DNA of 64,000 nucleotides from Chrysomallon squamiferum (Eukaryota; Animalia; Mollusca): NCBI GenBank assembly GCA_012295275.1, contig CM022674.1, positions 14,632,001 to 14,696,000 of the forward strand, read 5' to 3'. Shown piece by piece: positions 12,852 to 34,888 of this stretch (position 1 is its first letter; each line of letters starts with the position of its first letter). The notes under the pieces were generated by a model. It saw only the letters and a program-made list of their open reading frames with translations, ran no database searches and was not told where the DNA came from. The position numbers and the translations under genes were made by a program.

Positions 12852-13265
12852 ATAAAAATGATTAAAGATAATTAATATTAAAAACAAGAACTGTTCGAGT
12901 AACAGAGAAGAGTACACGAATATGTGTTTATGTGTGAATGCTGTTAGTTTGCTGTGAATTATTGTTTCCAATTATTCAGTTCTATTATGTTCTGTTCTGT
13001 TCTGTTCTGTTCTGTTCTGTTCTGTTCTGTTCTGTTCTGTTCTATTCTATTTATTTATTTATTTATTTGGAAGAAACAAACAACACCCAAATTATTCTCC
13101 GATCTGTATTATATCAATTATTTATGTTCACTGTTAGACTTGAGACACGACAAGCTACAATTCATTCTTCCAAAACCATAAAACATTTCTACTTCATAAT
13201 CCCAGACTATATTTATTTACCTACTGTATGTTAAAAACTTGTAATTCGTGTTTGGTTTTAAAATC

Positions 13266-13314
<49 letters not shown>

Positions 13315-13706
13315 TGTACATACACACACACATACATACAGACATACATACACACATACATACACACATTCATACACACACATATATACACACACATACA
13401 TACACACACATACATACACGCATGTACATAGATAAATACATACATACACACTTACATGCATACATACATACACACATACATACATACGTATATAATACAC
13501 ACACGCATACGCACATATAATCATTTATAAATTTAGCGCACACGAGAGAAAAATTTCAAACCTATGACTGACACTTGATTCAAATTTAATAACAAAGATT
13601 TTTAAAGGTCTTATCCAAAAAAATAATTCGTTCATTAATTGTCAAAGCTGATAATATTAAAGCTCAAAAAAAAAAAAATAATAATAATAATAAATTAAAA
13701 AAATAA

Positions 13707-13756
<50 letters not shown>

Positions 13757-13910
13757 TGATGATGATGATGATGATGATGATAAAATGAATAAAAAATAAT
13801 TCTGACAAAGATTAAGATACAAATTACTTTGAAATAACTAGACTGTTTATATTTGCATTCCAGGACAAAGAAAACACTAACACAGATTAAATAAAATTAA
13901 ATTTTAAAAA

Positions 13911-13942
<32 letters not shown>

Positions 13943-13949
<7 letters not shown>

Positions 13950-14995
13950 AAAGGAAGAACAAAAGAATAAATAAAATATCAACGTTATAGCACTTGAAAT
14001 TAAAATACATTCACATATATAACATTAATCTGTTTTATTCCGAAAAATAAAAGAACTTAAATAAATTCTTTTTTTTTTTTTCTTTTTTTTTTAATAAATG
14101 ATTACTGCATTTGATATCACAGACAGTGTGTTTTATCAGCGGAATCATAACAATATAGAATTCAGAACGTCGTCTACGTCATCTACGTCATCTACGACGT
14201 TTACAGCTTTCTCGTGTTAGGAACATCACTGCAGTAGTTGTGCATTTCGGAGTAATGTTTGACATTTGATATAAATGACAGTACATAAACACTGGATAAT
14301 ACAGTGCTAATATTAAAAGTATTATTTCTACTACTAGAAGTAGTAGAAGTAGTAGAAGTGGTAGAAGTAGTAATAGAAATAGTAGTGGAAGTACTAAAAG
14401 TAGAAGAAGTAGGAACAATGGAAGTAGCTGTAGTAGTACTAGTAGAGATATTCACTCAGTTGTTTAGGATTTTTAGTTATTATATATTTTTTAAACTGTT
14501 TGTATATTTCTCTAGTTAAGAAAACAAATAAAATACATAAAGAAAGAACAAAAGAATAATAAGAACAACAACAACAACAACAAAATATCAGTGTTACAGC
14601 ACTTGAAATTACAATATGTTTACATATAAAAAATTATATCTGTTTTATTCCGAAAAATAAAAGAACATAAATTTTTTTTTTTTTTTTAAATAACGAAATG
14701 ATTACTGCATTTCTTATCACAGTGTGTTTTATTAGCGGAATCATAATAATATAGATTTCAGAATTATATTATTATTATTATTATTATTATTAGAAGTAGT
14801 AGTAGTAGTAGTAGTAGTCATACCTGTTTTTGCAAAAGCTATAGTAGAAATAGCAGTGCTGATAAGTGTGTTAGACGTAGTAGTAAGAGCAGAAGTAGTT
14901 GTGGTAGCAGCACCAGTATATTCATTGTTTTCATTAGGACTGTTTTGTTGCTGTTTTTAAACTGTTCGTACATTTCTCGTGTTAAGAAAGTAAAC
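13943..14995. repeat. Diverged direct duplication downstream of the Cys-rich gene
   Basis: 13943-14167 resembles 14532-14764 (for example tctgttttattccgaaaaataaaagaac and atgattactgcattt...agcggaatcataa); 14450-14530 resembles 14920-14995. Confidence 0.8.
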
Positions 14996-15092
14996 ACTGA
15001 ATAAAAAAAAACGTTTTGTACAACATACTGTGCTGTGTAAATAATGTAAGAAAACAGTCTGTAAAGCGTCCAGTCCACTGGTTTTTCCTTTA

Positions 15093-16673
15093 TCAGAAAT
15101 GTTTCGGCTTACAGCGCATGTAGTACGTGTTGTAGACAGGGTCCATGTTCACCTCGTTAGTGACTTGACAGCTCGTTCCGCTCGGACACGCACACCTACA
15201 GAACAACAACAACATTGTTATCAGCACAGACTTGTAAAAGTGCGTGTTACTCACAATAACACATCGATATTCAGTTATACTAGTTCATAAAACTTTCCTT
15301 TTTCTTTAATTCTTTATATGTATGTAATAACATATATTTAATATGATTTTTTATATGTATATAGTAACACATATTTAATATGATTTTTTATATCTAATTT
15401 TAATATGAAAAGAAGATGGCATGTTGGTTTCACCTAATGTACAATATAACAAATAATAATAATAATAATAATAACAACAGCTGTAGTACTACTAGTAGTA
15501 GTAGTAGTAGTAGTAGTATTAATAGTAATAATAGTAATAATAATAGTAGTAATTGTAGTAGTAGTAGTAGTATAGTAGCAATAACAGTAGACTTAGTCGT
15601 AATAGTAGTAATAATTATAATAGTATTAATAATAGTAGTAGTAGTAGAAAATGTAGTAGTAGTAATAGTAGCAGTAGTAGTATAGTAGCAATAACAATAA
15701 TAGGAGTAGTACAGTTGCAATAACAGTAGTAGTAGTAGTAGTAGTAGCAATAACAGCAGCAGTAGTAGTAGTAGTAGTAGCAGTATAGAAGCAATAACAG
15801 TAGTAGTAGTAGTAGTAGTAGCAATAACAGCAGTAGTAGTAATAGTAGTATAGTAGCAATAACAGTAGACTTAGTCGTAATAGTAGTAATAATTATAATA
15901 GTATTAATAATAGTAGTAGTAGTAAAAACAGTAGTAGTAGTAGTAGCAGTAGTAGTATAGTAGCAATAACAATAATAGGAGTAGTACAGTTGCAATAACA
16001 GTAGTAGTAGTAGTAGTAGTAGCAATAACAGCAGCAGTAGTAGTAGTAGTAGTAGCAGTATAGAAGCAATAACAGTAGTAGTAGTAGTAGTAGTAGCAAT
16101 AACAGCAGTAGTAGTAATAGTAGTATAGTAGCAATAACAGTATTAGTATTGTGATTAGTATTAGCAGTAGTACTAGTATAGTAGCAATAACTGTATTAGT
16201 ATTAGGATTAGGATTAGTATAACAGTAGTTGTGCTAGAAGCAGTAATAATAATACTGCAGTAACTAAAGTAACAGTAGTAAAAGTTGAAGTAGCATTAAT
16301 ATTAGTAATAATTAGAATAGTAGATGTTGTAGTGGTAGTAGTTGTAGTAGCGAAGAAACTTCAAAGATAAAAAAAAAATAATAATAATAAAAATGTAAAA
16401 AATATGCCGAGTTATGTTTGAGACAGCACGGAGAAGCGATCCCAGTGCCTAACAGAAAGTCACGAAGGTAACTTACGTTCCGTCGACGAAGCGGCAGTAG
16501 TCTGGAGTGATCGTGAACTGTCGTCGCCAGCGACACACCGCCCACCCACACGGCGTAGCGTACACACACTGTCGACTTGTGTTTGTTCTCCTCATCAACT
16601 TAAAGTAGAGTAAGTGACAGACGTTAATACAGACAGATACACAGACACCAAGGGTGTATTATGCATATGTGTT

Positions 16674-16759
<86 letters not shown>

Positions 16760-17732
16760 TGTGTACATCTATGCATATATACATGTGTGTGTGTGTGTGT
16801 GTGTATATATATAGGTAGATATATGTGGACGTGTTTCTTATTATTATTACTTCTTCTTTTTTAAGTTAACGTCTGTTCGCAGGTAAAATACGAAATAAAT
16901 AAATAAATAAATAAATCCGCCTAAATTAAAAGCATTTTCGCAATAAAAATTTCTTTTATGATCATCTAAGGAAAAAAGAAGAAGAAGAAGTGGCACAAGA
17001 AAGAAAAACAAAAGTAGAACTGATTCGTGTATTTATAAATGAGTAAACATTTAAAAAATAATTTCTATTTCTATCTGTCGGCGGAAGAAGCCCAATTATG
17101 AATTAAGGTATCTTCTTAATGAGGCGTAGGAATTTCCTCTTAATAAAGTTATTAACATGGGAAAAAAAGAAAGAAAAAAGGACTAAGATAAATTTATATA
17201 TGTAGCATCTGTGTGTAGGTGTGGGTGTTGTATCAAAAATACTGTGACATAATCTTCTAAATCTTTTTAGACATTCGCTTGATGTCCGCCAGTATGAGAG
17301 TGTGTTCGTGAAATCGCGCTGAAAAAACCAACGAAAATCGAGTTTGGTGTGATAGCCCTGATGCAAGTAGCGAAAACTGCGTATGTATGTATGTATGTAT
17401 GTATATATATATATAAAAGCATTTTATTAGAACAATTAAGTAATTAATTTTTGTAAACAGTAAATTAATTCATATATAAGAATTATAAAATAATTTTCTG
17501 GAATTACGTTTAAAAAGATTTTAAAAGAGACCGTGAAATATTTTGAAATTTGAAAATAGAGGAATACAGCTAATAATAAAGTCACTAATATAATAATGAC
17601 AACAATAGCAACAACAACAAGAATATAAAAAAAAAGAAGAAAAAAAAGAGAGAGACATAAACGAAAATATCAAAAATACAAAAGTAGAGGAACGAGATGA
17701 ATAAATACAAGATGTCATTTTCATCATCATTA

Positions 17733-17776
<44 letters not shown>

Positions 17777-17937
17777 TGTATTTGTATTGTCGTCGTTGTT
17801 GTTAGATGTTGTTACTGATGTTGTTGTCAGTGATTATGATGACGTTAAAAACATACCTCATACAGAAACTGCGAGCCCGTGCACAGAGTGACTCCTAGCG
17901 ACAGACAGACAGACAAGACGAACACAGCCAACTTCAT
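15093..17937 (-). CDS. Small secreted cysteine-rich protein, 101 aa, 3 exons, uncharacterized
   Basis: Exons 17937-17857, 16598-16477 and 15195-15093 with canonical, phase-compatible GT-AG sites. Protein: MKLAVFVLSVCLSLGVTLCTGSQFLYELMRRTNTSRQCVYATPCGWAVCRWRRQFTITPDYCRFVDGTCACPSGTSCQVTNEVNMDPVYNTYYMRCKPKHF*. It has a hydrophobic signal peptide, an RR site and 8 mature Cys; exons are GC-rich against the AT-rich background and a TATA box lies upstream. Confidence 0.85.
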
Positions 17938-18038
17938 TTCCAGTGTTTTTACAACGATTTGACGTCTGCCGCAGTCGTGTCCAACTCTCCTGATGTACTC
18001 TTCTTTTGATTGGCTTTATCTCAGCACGTGAAGGCCTG

Positions 18039-18086
18039 TTTATATATGCTTAGCTACCACCCACTATTTTCATGGTCACGTGACGT
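18039..18086 (-). promoter_or_regulatory. Putative TATA box and palindromic E-box upstream of the Cys-rich gene
   Basis: TATATAAA on the minus strand at 18046-18039, about 100 nt above the ATG, and GTCACGTGAC at 18075-18084. Confidence 0.5.
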
Positions 18087-18877
18087 ATTGGAGGGATTCT
18101 AAAAAATTTTATGCATTGGCTTAAAGTTTGAACTGAATGAAAATACAAATTTGATGTCGGTAAAAGTTGACGACAAATTTTTTTTTTTTTATTTTTTTTT
18201 TTTTTTAGCGGAACGCGTGACGGTATCCCACAATGCATCTAATGTCAAACAGTTATACATGCTGATGAGAAATCTGTCATCGACTGACATTCGATTAACA
18301 CAGGAGTATCGAGGGATTAAGTAAGCAGTGAATGAAACAAGCTTATGCAAATTCTTCCACGACAACCATTCGAGTTAGCAAATGAAAGGTGTGTGAGCCA
18401 TGATAATTCGAAGATTTGTAAAATATCGACCAATGGCTCTGTTCCCTAGATACCTGCCAAATATAGACAGCTTTATTTGCGTCGCTAAGACTAAACCAGA
18501 AAAAGAAATTAAATAAGAAATCTGTTAGGTTACATTTATAAGCGAAATTTATTTTCAAAACTTGGAAATCAAGCAAACATAAATAGCATGTCAGTTATAT
18601 GTGGTTACCATGGTAAATTCAGCAAGCAAATCCTTATGACATTAATTGTTAAACTAATGAAAATAATTTAAATACATTTTTACACGTTTTATACAGATCA
18701 CGAAATTTAACGATTCACATTCGAAGTTGTAATCAAAGAAAGGTGTTTATTCGAGGCAAAAATACTACAGTTCTGATTAAATATTTAATAACAGTCGATT
18801 ACTCAAAATAAAAAAAATTAAAATGTTATATCATCTTGCTATCAATTACGACTTTGTATTATTAATTTATGACGACG

Positions 18878-19392
18878 CATGGATTCTGCACTTCATATTA
18901 ATTACACTGCACTTTTACATGATCACATGTTTTTAATGTCAAGGTCATTTCATAAACGAAATTAAACAAAACATTTAACAAGCTGTAATTTAACAAACAC
19001 ATGACGTATTTTATTTGTGTTTCTCTAACATTTTTAATTTATTGCTGTGAAGTATTTAATATTTTTTAGACGCAGTATTTCTTCATTAACCGAGATCAAA
19101 TATTTTTCATTGACTCAAAGATAAAACATGATCGCGCCATCTCCTGTTTGCGCGCGCAGTGTAAAGGGAATTAATTAGTTTTCTATTTGAATGAGTTTGA
19201 ATGATATCTCCGTGACATCTACGTGAGCGTTTTGTTTCATCGAAAACTTTCATCTGTTGATTTAGAAACTGTTTACTTTCATCTGTATTATGTAATGGAT
19301 GGTAGCTATAGTTAGAATTAAATATTTTTAAAAGTGACTCAAAAATGATAACAAAAATTATCATTTAAATAATAACAATAACAATAACAACA

Positions 19393-19461
<69 letters not shown>

Positions 19462-19911
19462 GAAGACGTCGGCGATGCAAAGGTAAACAACGAATACACA
19501 GTAACACACACACACACACACACATTAATTTCTAATGCCTACTTTAGTACTTTTGAAATGTATTTACGTCATACATATAATGTATTATAATTACATCCCA
19601 CTTTTCCTCTTTTTTTTTCGTTTAGTATAGAGAAATAATTTGTTTTTTCTGATGAGGGATCCTATTGATGTTATTTTAACAATCAATCGTTAATATCCGC
19701 CCTCCCCCACACGTAATTAATTAACACGTTTGTGATTGTAATGAACGAATAAAAGAAGAAAGAAGGAACATATCGTAATATGACAAAACGATATACTTTC
19801 ATCTTATTTATTTATTTATTTTATTTAATTTTTGAAAGATTTTAACAACAACAAAAACAGTAATAATAAAAAGAAAACAATAACGATGATATTAATAAGA
19901 ACAACAACAAC

Positions 19912-19952
<41 letters not shown>

Positions 19953-21066
19953 TAAAAATAATAATAATAATAATAAAATAATAATAATAATAAATAATAA
20001 TAATAATAATAATAATTAAATAATAATAATAATCGTTTATTATAGCCATCGTTATCGTCATATCTGAATCTTGTGTTTAAACAGACCAAAGCAAGGATAC
20101 AGTGTGTTGATGTGTAAACAAAAAACACACGAAGACGTGAGCGGACGCACAGACAAGACAGATGAATGAAACTCAGTTGTTTAGAGCTGAAGTCTGGAAA
20201 TCAGATACAACGAACGTGACTTATTGTTCTAACCGTGATTTTGTTTTATTCGTTTACCCCGACGACGTATGCAGTGACAACATCATCACACTGAGTCAAC
20301 ATCAGTCCATTAATATCAAATTTACCTCAGCAAACTAGGAGCGGTCAAATTAAAAGCTATTTTTAGATTTTCTAACAAATATATTTTTTGTGTGTGTGTG
20401 TGTGTTTGTTTTTTCCTTTCTTTCAAAACAATAACTGTTTAAAAGGATATAAGAGATGAGATGAACAATAAAACGTGATGTTGGTAGAAAACTTGAACAG
20501 TTTGTAATTTTGTTTCTATTTCATAGGTTATTGATATAAGATAGCGAGTTATTGATTCCGATAAGAACATTGACAAAACAACAACAACAATAACAACAAA
20601 AAAAAAAAACAACACACAAACAAACAAAAAAACCATAAATCACTTTACACTTGTTTTTAGCGTGCTCAGTATTATTAAAAGATGTCACTTATTAAAATAC
20701 TTTTAATTTTGTTAACCAGTAAATCGACTATAACTTCAAAACGAAAATTTATTTGTTGTTTATTTATTTGTTTCTGTTTTATTTCGAGTTGTAGCTGTGA
20801 TTCCTCTCATGTCGAGACAGGATCAGTATTTCCCGTTCCAGCCACGACAGCAATAGAATCAACAGCATCAACACCAATAACAACACTAATAGAAGCAACA
20901 GCAACAACAATGACATCATCACCTCTACCATAAAGCAACAGTAACAACAATGAAGAATTATGAAGAACATCAACAATGACTAAACAGCAACAGAATAGGA
21001 AGAATTTCAAGTTGCGTCTAGTGATTGTAATTTAGATGTTTTTACATAACGAAAAGTTAATTTTAA

Positions 21067-21114
<48 letters not shown>

Positions 21115-21790
21115 AATAAATAAACAGAATATTTTTTTTTTATCGCTCTATACATACCTCTGTGTACAACCTATTCCCTGCCAGCTCACGTCATTTCATT
21201 GTTGTTGACGTCATACATATTTCGTCAAGAACCGGAATTAAGTAACCAAGAAAACGAAAACGTTCGTGGACAGACTTCCTTTTGTTGTTGTTGTTGTCTT
21301 AAAATCGCAACAGTGATTAAATAAAAATATCAGAAGACATTATTGTTGTTACGGTTAATTAATTTCAATTTTTGGAGACAATGCATTAAGTAACGTGGAC
21401 TGAAAAAAAAAATATTTCTAAATCAAAAGATGAATACTTATGAATGTTTTCTGATGAAACAAAATGCGATGTTGTTGTCACGAAGATATCATTCAAAACG
21501 CTTTTAATAGAAAAACTAATTAATTCCCTTTATACTGCGCGCGCTAACAGGAGATGGCGCGATCATGTTTTATCTTCGAGTTAATATAAATACTGATCTC
21601 CGTTAACGAAAAAAGAAATGCTGCGCCTACAAACTATTAAACACTGCACAGCTACTAGAAACGTAAATAAAAGACGTCATGTGTTATTATTTATGCAGTC
21701 GTTAAGTGCTTCGTTTAATTTCGGTTATCAAATGATATCGAACATGTGATCATGTAGAAGTGTAGTGTTATTAATAGCAAGCACAAGACA
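18878..21790. repeat. Pair of diverged ~400-bp elements in inverted orientation (18878-19282 and 21400-21790)
   Basis: aagataaaacatgatcgcgccatctcctgtttgcgcgcgcagtgtaaagggaattaattagttttctatt versus aatagaaaaactaattaattccctttatactgcgcgcgctaacaggagatggcgcgatcatgttttatctt; similarity extends along both arms. Confidence 0.85.
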
Positions 21791-22380
21791 AAAAAAAAAA
21801 AAAAAACACCTGTCAATAATAAAAATATATATATATATATATATATCGTAAGGTTTCGTATCATTTTTACTAGGTCACAGTGGCAGTCCAATGTCTTACG
21901 TTCTGTCTCTCCGACTGACTGATATTTTTATTCTACAATAGTAAATACTTTACATAGCTGCATAGTTCACTCTTTTATGAGATTTGCTAACATTTAAAAA
22001 AAAAAAAAAATTCTTTCTTTTCTTTTCTTACTTTTTTTTTTTTTTTTTCAAATTTATGACGGATTTGTTTTTAAAATATTAATATAAAATATTTCAAAGT
22101 TTTTCGGTAATTGCATATTTTACTGTATTACTCGATTCCGCATACTAAAAACAACTGCATCCAAAATTTGTATGACATGCGACATCCTGACCACAGTTTG
22201 TCTTTACTAAGTCACCTGTATCTCTCTTTACACCTATTTGTTTTTCATTTATAATGTCAAAACAAGTTTTAAAATATTCATTGGTGTGGCTGTTATTAAC
22301 AAAATCTTTAATGGAAGAATGTTTTAACAGCATTCACAATAGCATTATTTATTTTGTCATTTGTTTTTTGTTTTGTCTTC

Positions 22381-22418
<38 letters not shown>

Positions 22419-23293
22419 CTTTTCATTTAGATCAGTTGTCATTCTGAACTATTTTTATCTTTATAACCATATAATTACAACTTGGAAATCAAACTGTTAC
22501 ATATTTTTCTGATTATTTCAGGGTTTGTGAAAACAAAAGGTCTCACTGTTCGTTGTGCTAGGAAAACTCACTATTGACCGAAATAATTATTACGTTTGCA
22601 TAACAACAAGGTCAAACCAAGCGATAACGTATTAATACTGTGTGTTAAAACTGATTGCCGGTATAATATAAAATCTGTCTATTTGTCACCAGTTGATGAC
22701 AGTCGAGTTTCGCGCCATGATAGAAAATCAGCAGGCGTCAAAGAGAGCGGAAATAACCGAACACACTTGTCCGCTGCGAGAGAAGGTTCATTCCTGTTTC
22801 CATTAACCCACAACTCTCCCTTCACGTCGACCTGACAGCGGCGCGATGCAAGACCCAAGTCACATGCAGATAACATCACCAACTTTTATTATTATTTTAT
22901 TTAATTTATTTATATATTCATTTATTTATTTAATTTAATTTATTTATATATTTATTTATTTATTTTATTTTATTTATTTATATATTTATTTATTTATTTT
23001 ATTAAGATGATATTGGTGAAGGCCCTTTGTTCTTATTCGTTATTTTTTATTATTATTATTATTATCATTTTTTTTTCTTTATTGATTTTATCTTTTTATG
23101 AAATCAGATTTTTTTTTCTGCTTTTATTTTTCTTTTGTTTTCAGTTTTTGTGTTTATTACCATTTAAGCATTAATAACAAATAAAATAAGAAAGAAACTA
23201 AATAAAATGAAAGCGGCCCAAAAGTCCTATTATTTATTCTGCCATTTGTTTTCTGTTATTTTTTTCTTCTCATTTTGATCATTTGCTATTCTC

Positions 23294-23433
<140 letters not shown>

Positions 23434-24096
23434 CTCTCTCTCTCTCTCTCTCAAAAAACAAAAACAAAAACATGATCGCACTTAGTTTCCAGAGTCTGGA
23501 TAAAATAACGTTTTTGTTCTTTTTTTAAATTGTTTTATTTAAATACAAAACCTGTTTACAAATGAAAAGGAGTATGTAATTTGCCATTTAATGTTGTTTT
23601 CTTCAGTTTTGATGTTCATGGATCACTTTAACTTCTTCAAACGTTTAAAAATAAACTTGAAAAATCAATAAAAATTTTAAAATATAACAATCGTACTATA
23701 TTAATAACAAATATTTATAATAAAACGTTAAAAGGAATAAAGAAAAAGCAGACCCTCAAAGGACGTCATTAGCAGAAGTACAAACTGAAGCGATAAATGG
23801 ACTGCAAGGAGAGAGAAAAAAACAACAAATTTAATTATTGTAATGTATATTTATATTTACACGTAGACTTTTGCTTAACAAACAATAAATATATTTCTGT
23901 GCAACATACATCTATTTAACTGCAGTGTTTTGTTTCAATCCGGGTTATCGGCCAGTTCAGAGATGGCGACACATTAGCGTTACAGGAATCTATTTTTAGC
24001 TCGCTGCAGACAATAAAACAAGTACATCATCATCACAGAATTGCGACGCTGACTCAGTCTTTCAAAGTCTTTATACGCCAGTATGGAAATGATTTC

Positions 24097-32345
<8,249 letters not shown>

Positions 32346-32408
32346 TTTATATTTTCTAAAACAAAGCATTGAAAAAATTCATATTAAAACATTGACGAAG
32401 AATGTGGG

Positions 32409-32510
<102 letters not shown>

Positions 32511-32849
32511 CGTGGTCTAGGACAGAAAGACAGAAGATTACAGGTACAAATTTATAACAACAACAGCTAGACAGAGAAAACAATCTCACCTGAACAGAGA
32601 ACACGGAGTATCGAATCTGACTGGAAACTGAAATCCTTTGCCCCGTGTTTCACCTCACCAGGACATTTTCCCTGACATATTTTACACGAAGCTTTTTACT
32701 CTCAGTGGATTAACACATTATTACAACAAGTCTCTGCTTGCTCACGTTTCACCAACATTCACTTTCTTTCTCCTTTATTTCATTAGCCCCTTTCTTTCTT
32801 TCTTTCTTTCTTTCTTTCTCCACTCGTCTTTCTCCTTATCTGTCTGTAT

Positions 32850-32890
<41 letters not shown>

Positions 32891-33289
32891 TCTGTCTATC
32901 TGTATGTTTCTCATGTCTAAGTTTTTACTGGGTTTGTGAAAATGAATATCCCAAACAATTTCTTTCACTACTGAATCTTTAAACCGGTATTATTTACGGA
33001 TTATTACAAGTGTGCTGTTATTTACCCAGTTTCATTTATAAATCACTGACTGAAAGCTAATAAAACAGTGGAAGTTACCTGATTGTCGTAATGCACCTAC
33101 ATTCCTACATCCATTTAGAGTCAGTGAAGCGAAACTAAGTTTGTAAATACACAACATTCACGTGTCGCTCCACACAAAACACGTTGTCTGTGTTGTAGAT
33201 TGATCGACACAAATAAATACGATGAAAAACGTGTAATAATTAGGTGAAAATAAACTATAAAATATAACCATAATTACTTATATGTTTCA

Positions 33290-33384
33290 GTGTGTATGTA
33301 TATGTATATGTATATGTATATATGTATGTAGTTTGGGAATTTTGAACAATCTCTGTCTTATGTATATGTATGTATGTATGTATA

Positions 33385-33425
<41 letters not shown>

Positions 33426-33760
33426 GTATGTATATATATATGTATGTATATGTATGTACGTATTTATGTATGTATGTATGTATGTATGTATGTATATATG
33501 TATGTATGTGTATATGTATGTATGTGTATATGTATGTATGTATGTATGTATATATGTATGTATTTATGTATGTATGTATGTATGTATGTATGTATGTATG
33601 TATGTATGTATGTATGTATGTATGTATGTATGTATGTATGTATGTATGTATATATGTATGTATGTATGTATTTATGTATGTATGTATGTATGTATGTATG
33701 TATATATATATGTATGTAAGTATGTATGTATGTATGTATGTATGTATGTATGTTTGTATG
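33290..33760. repeat. (TATG)n microsatellite
   Basis: Long tatg tetranucleotide tract; a degenerate (TG)n tract follows at 34570-35015. Confidence 0.95.
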
Positions 33761-34855
33761 CACTTATGTTTTCCTACACTTCTTTACACAATTTAATAAC
33801 ATATCAAATTTTTTTTTTTTTTTTTTTTTTTAAAAAGACATGTAAAATATAGCTTTTTAAGCTTTTTTCAATCAAAAACTGTCAAAAGAACAAATAAATA
33901 AACACACACACACACACACACACAAACACATTTACATAAAACAGTAATAATAATGAGAGAAATGTATAAATAAATAAAATAAAAGAAATAAACTAGAATA
34001 AAAATGTATAAAATTATAAAATCAGTAAAATGGAGATATTTCAGTACTGTACAACACAGAATATCTGCGTGTTTGAACAAGTCTGAGTGAAACAGTTTTA
34101 TACTGTGTGAATCACACACATTTGTCAGTCACTAATTTCTGCAGATTCTTCTTTCCTTTTATTATTTGTTGTAAACAACACTACATTTACAATGACGATA
34201 ACAGCACTACAACTACAGCTACTACTAAACAACCATCACAACTATGATTACAACTTTTACAACAGAGCAACTATATCTGCTACTATGACTGCTACGACTA
34301 CAACTACCAAAATTAATATTGCTAGAAATGCTGCTACTACTGCAACTACTACTACCACAGCCACTAGTGTTATTACTAATAATGCTATTCACAACCACTA
34401 TCATTACTATTGTTAATACTACTACTACTACCTTTACTACCACTACTAGCACACCACCATCAGTAATATCACTACCACAACCATGACTATTACTACAATT
34501 ATTATTACCCTACTTTTATATCTGCTACTGCTACTACTACTTCCACACTACTTCTATTACTACAACTACTGTATGTAAATGTTTATATGTATGCATGTGT
34601 GTGTGTGTTTGCTTATGTATGTGTATGTGTGTCTATGTGTGTATGTATATTTATGGGTGTGTATGTGTTTGTGTATGGGTGTGTATGTGTGTTTGTGTGT
34701 GTGTATGTGTGTATGTACATGTATGTGTTGTGTATGTGTTTGTGCATGTGTGTGTGAGTCTGTGTTTGTGTGTTTGTATGTATGTTTGTGTATGTATGTA
34801 CATGTGTGTTTGTGTTTGTGTGCATGTGTGTGTTTGTCTTTGTGTGTGCATGTGT

Positions 34856-34888
<33 letters not shown>

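Noticed and set aside
16410-16476. Extra exon of the Cys-rich gene after a ~28-nt intron
   Set aside because: The intron would be implausibly short and the product would lose four cysteines; the 15195 acceptor gives the coherent frame.
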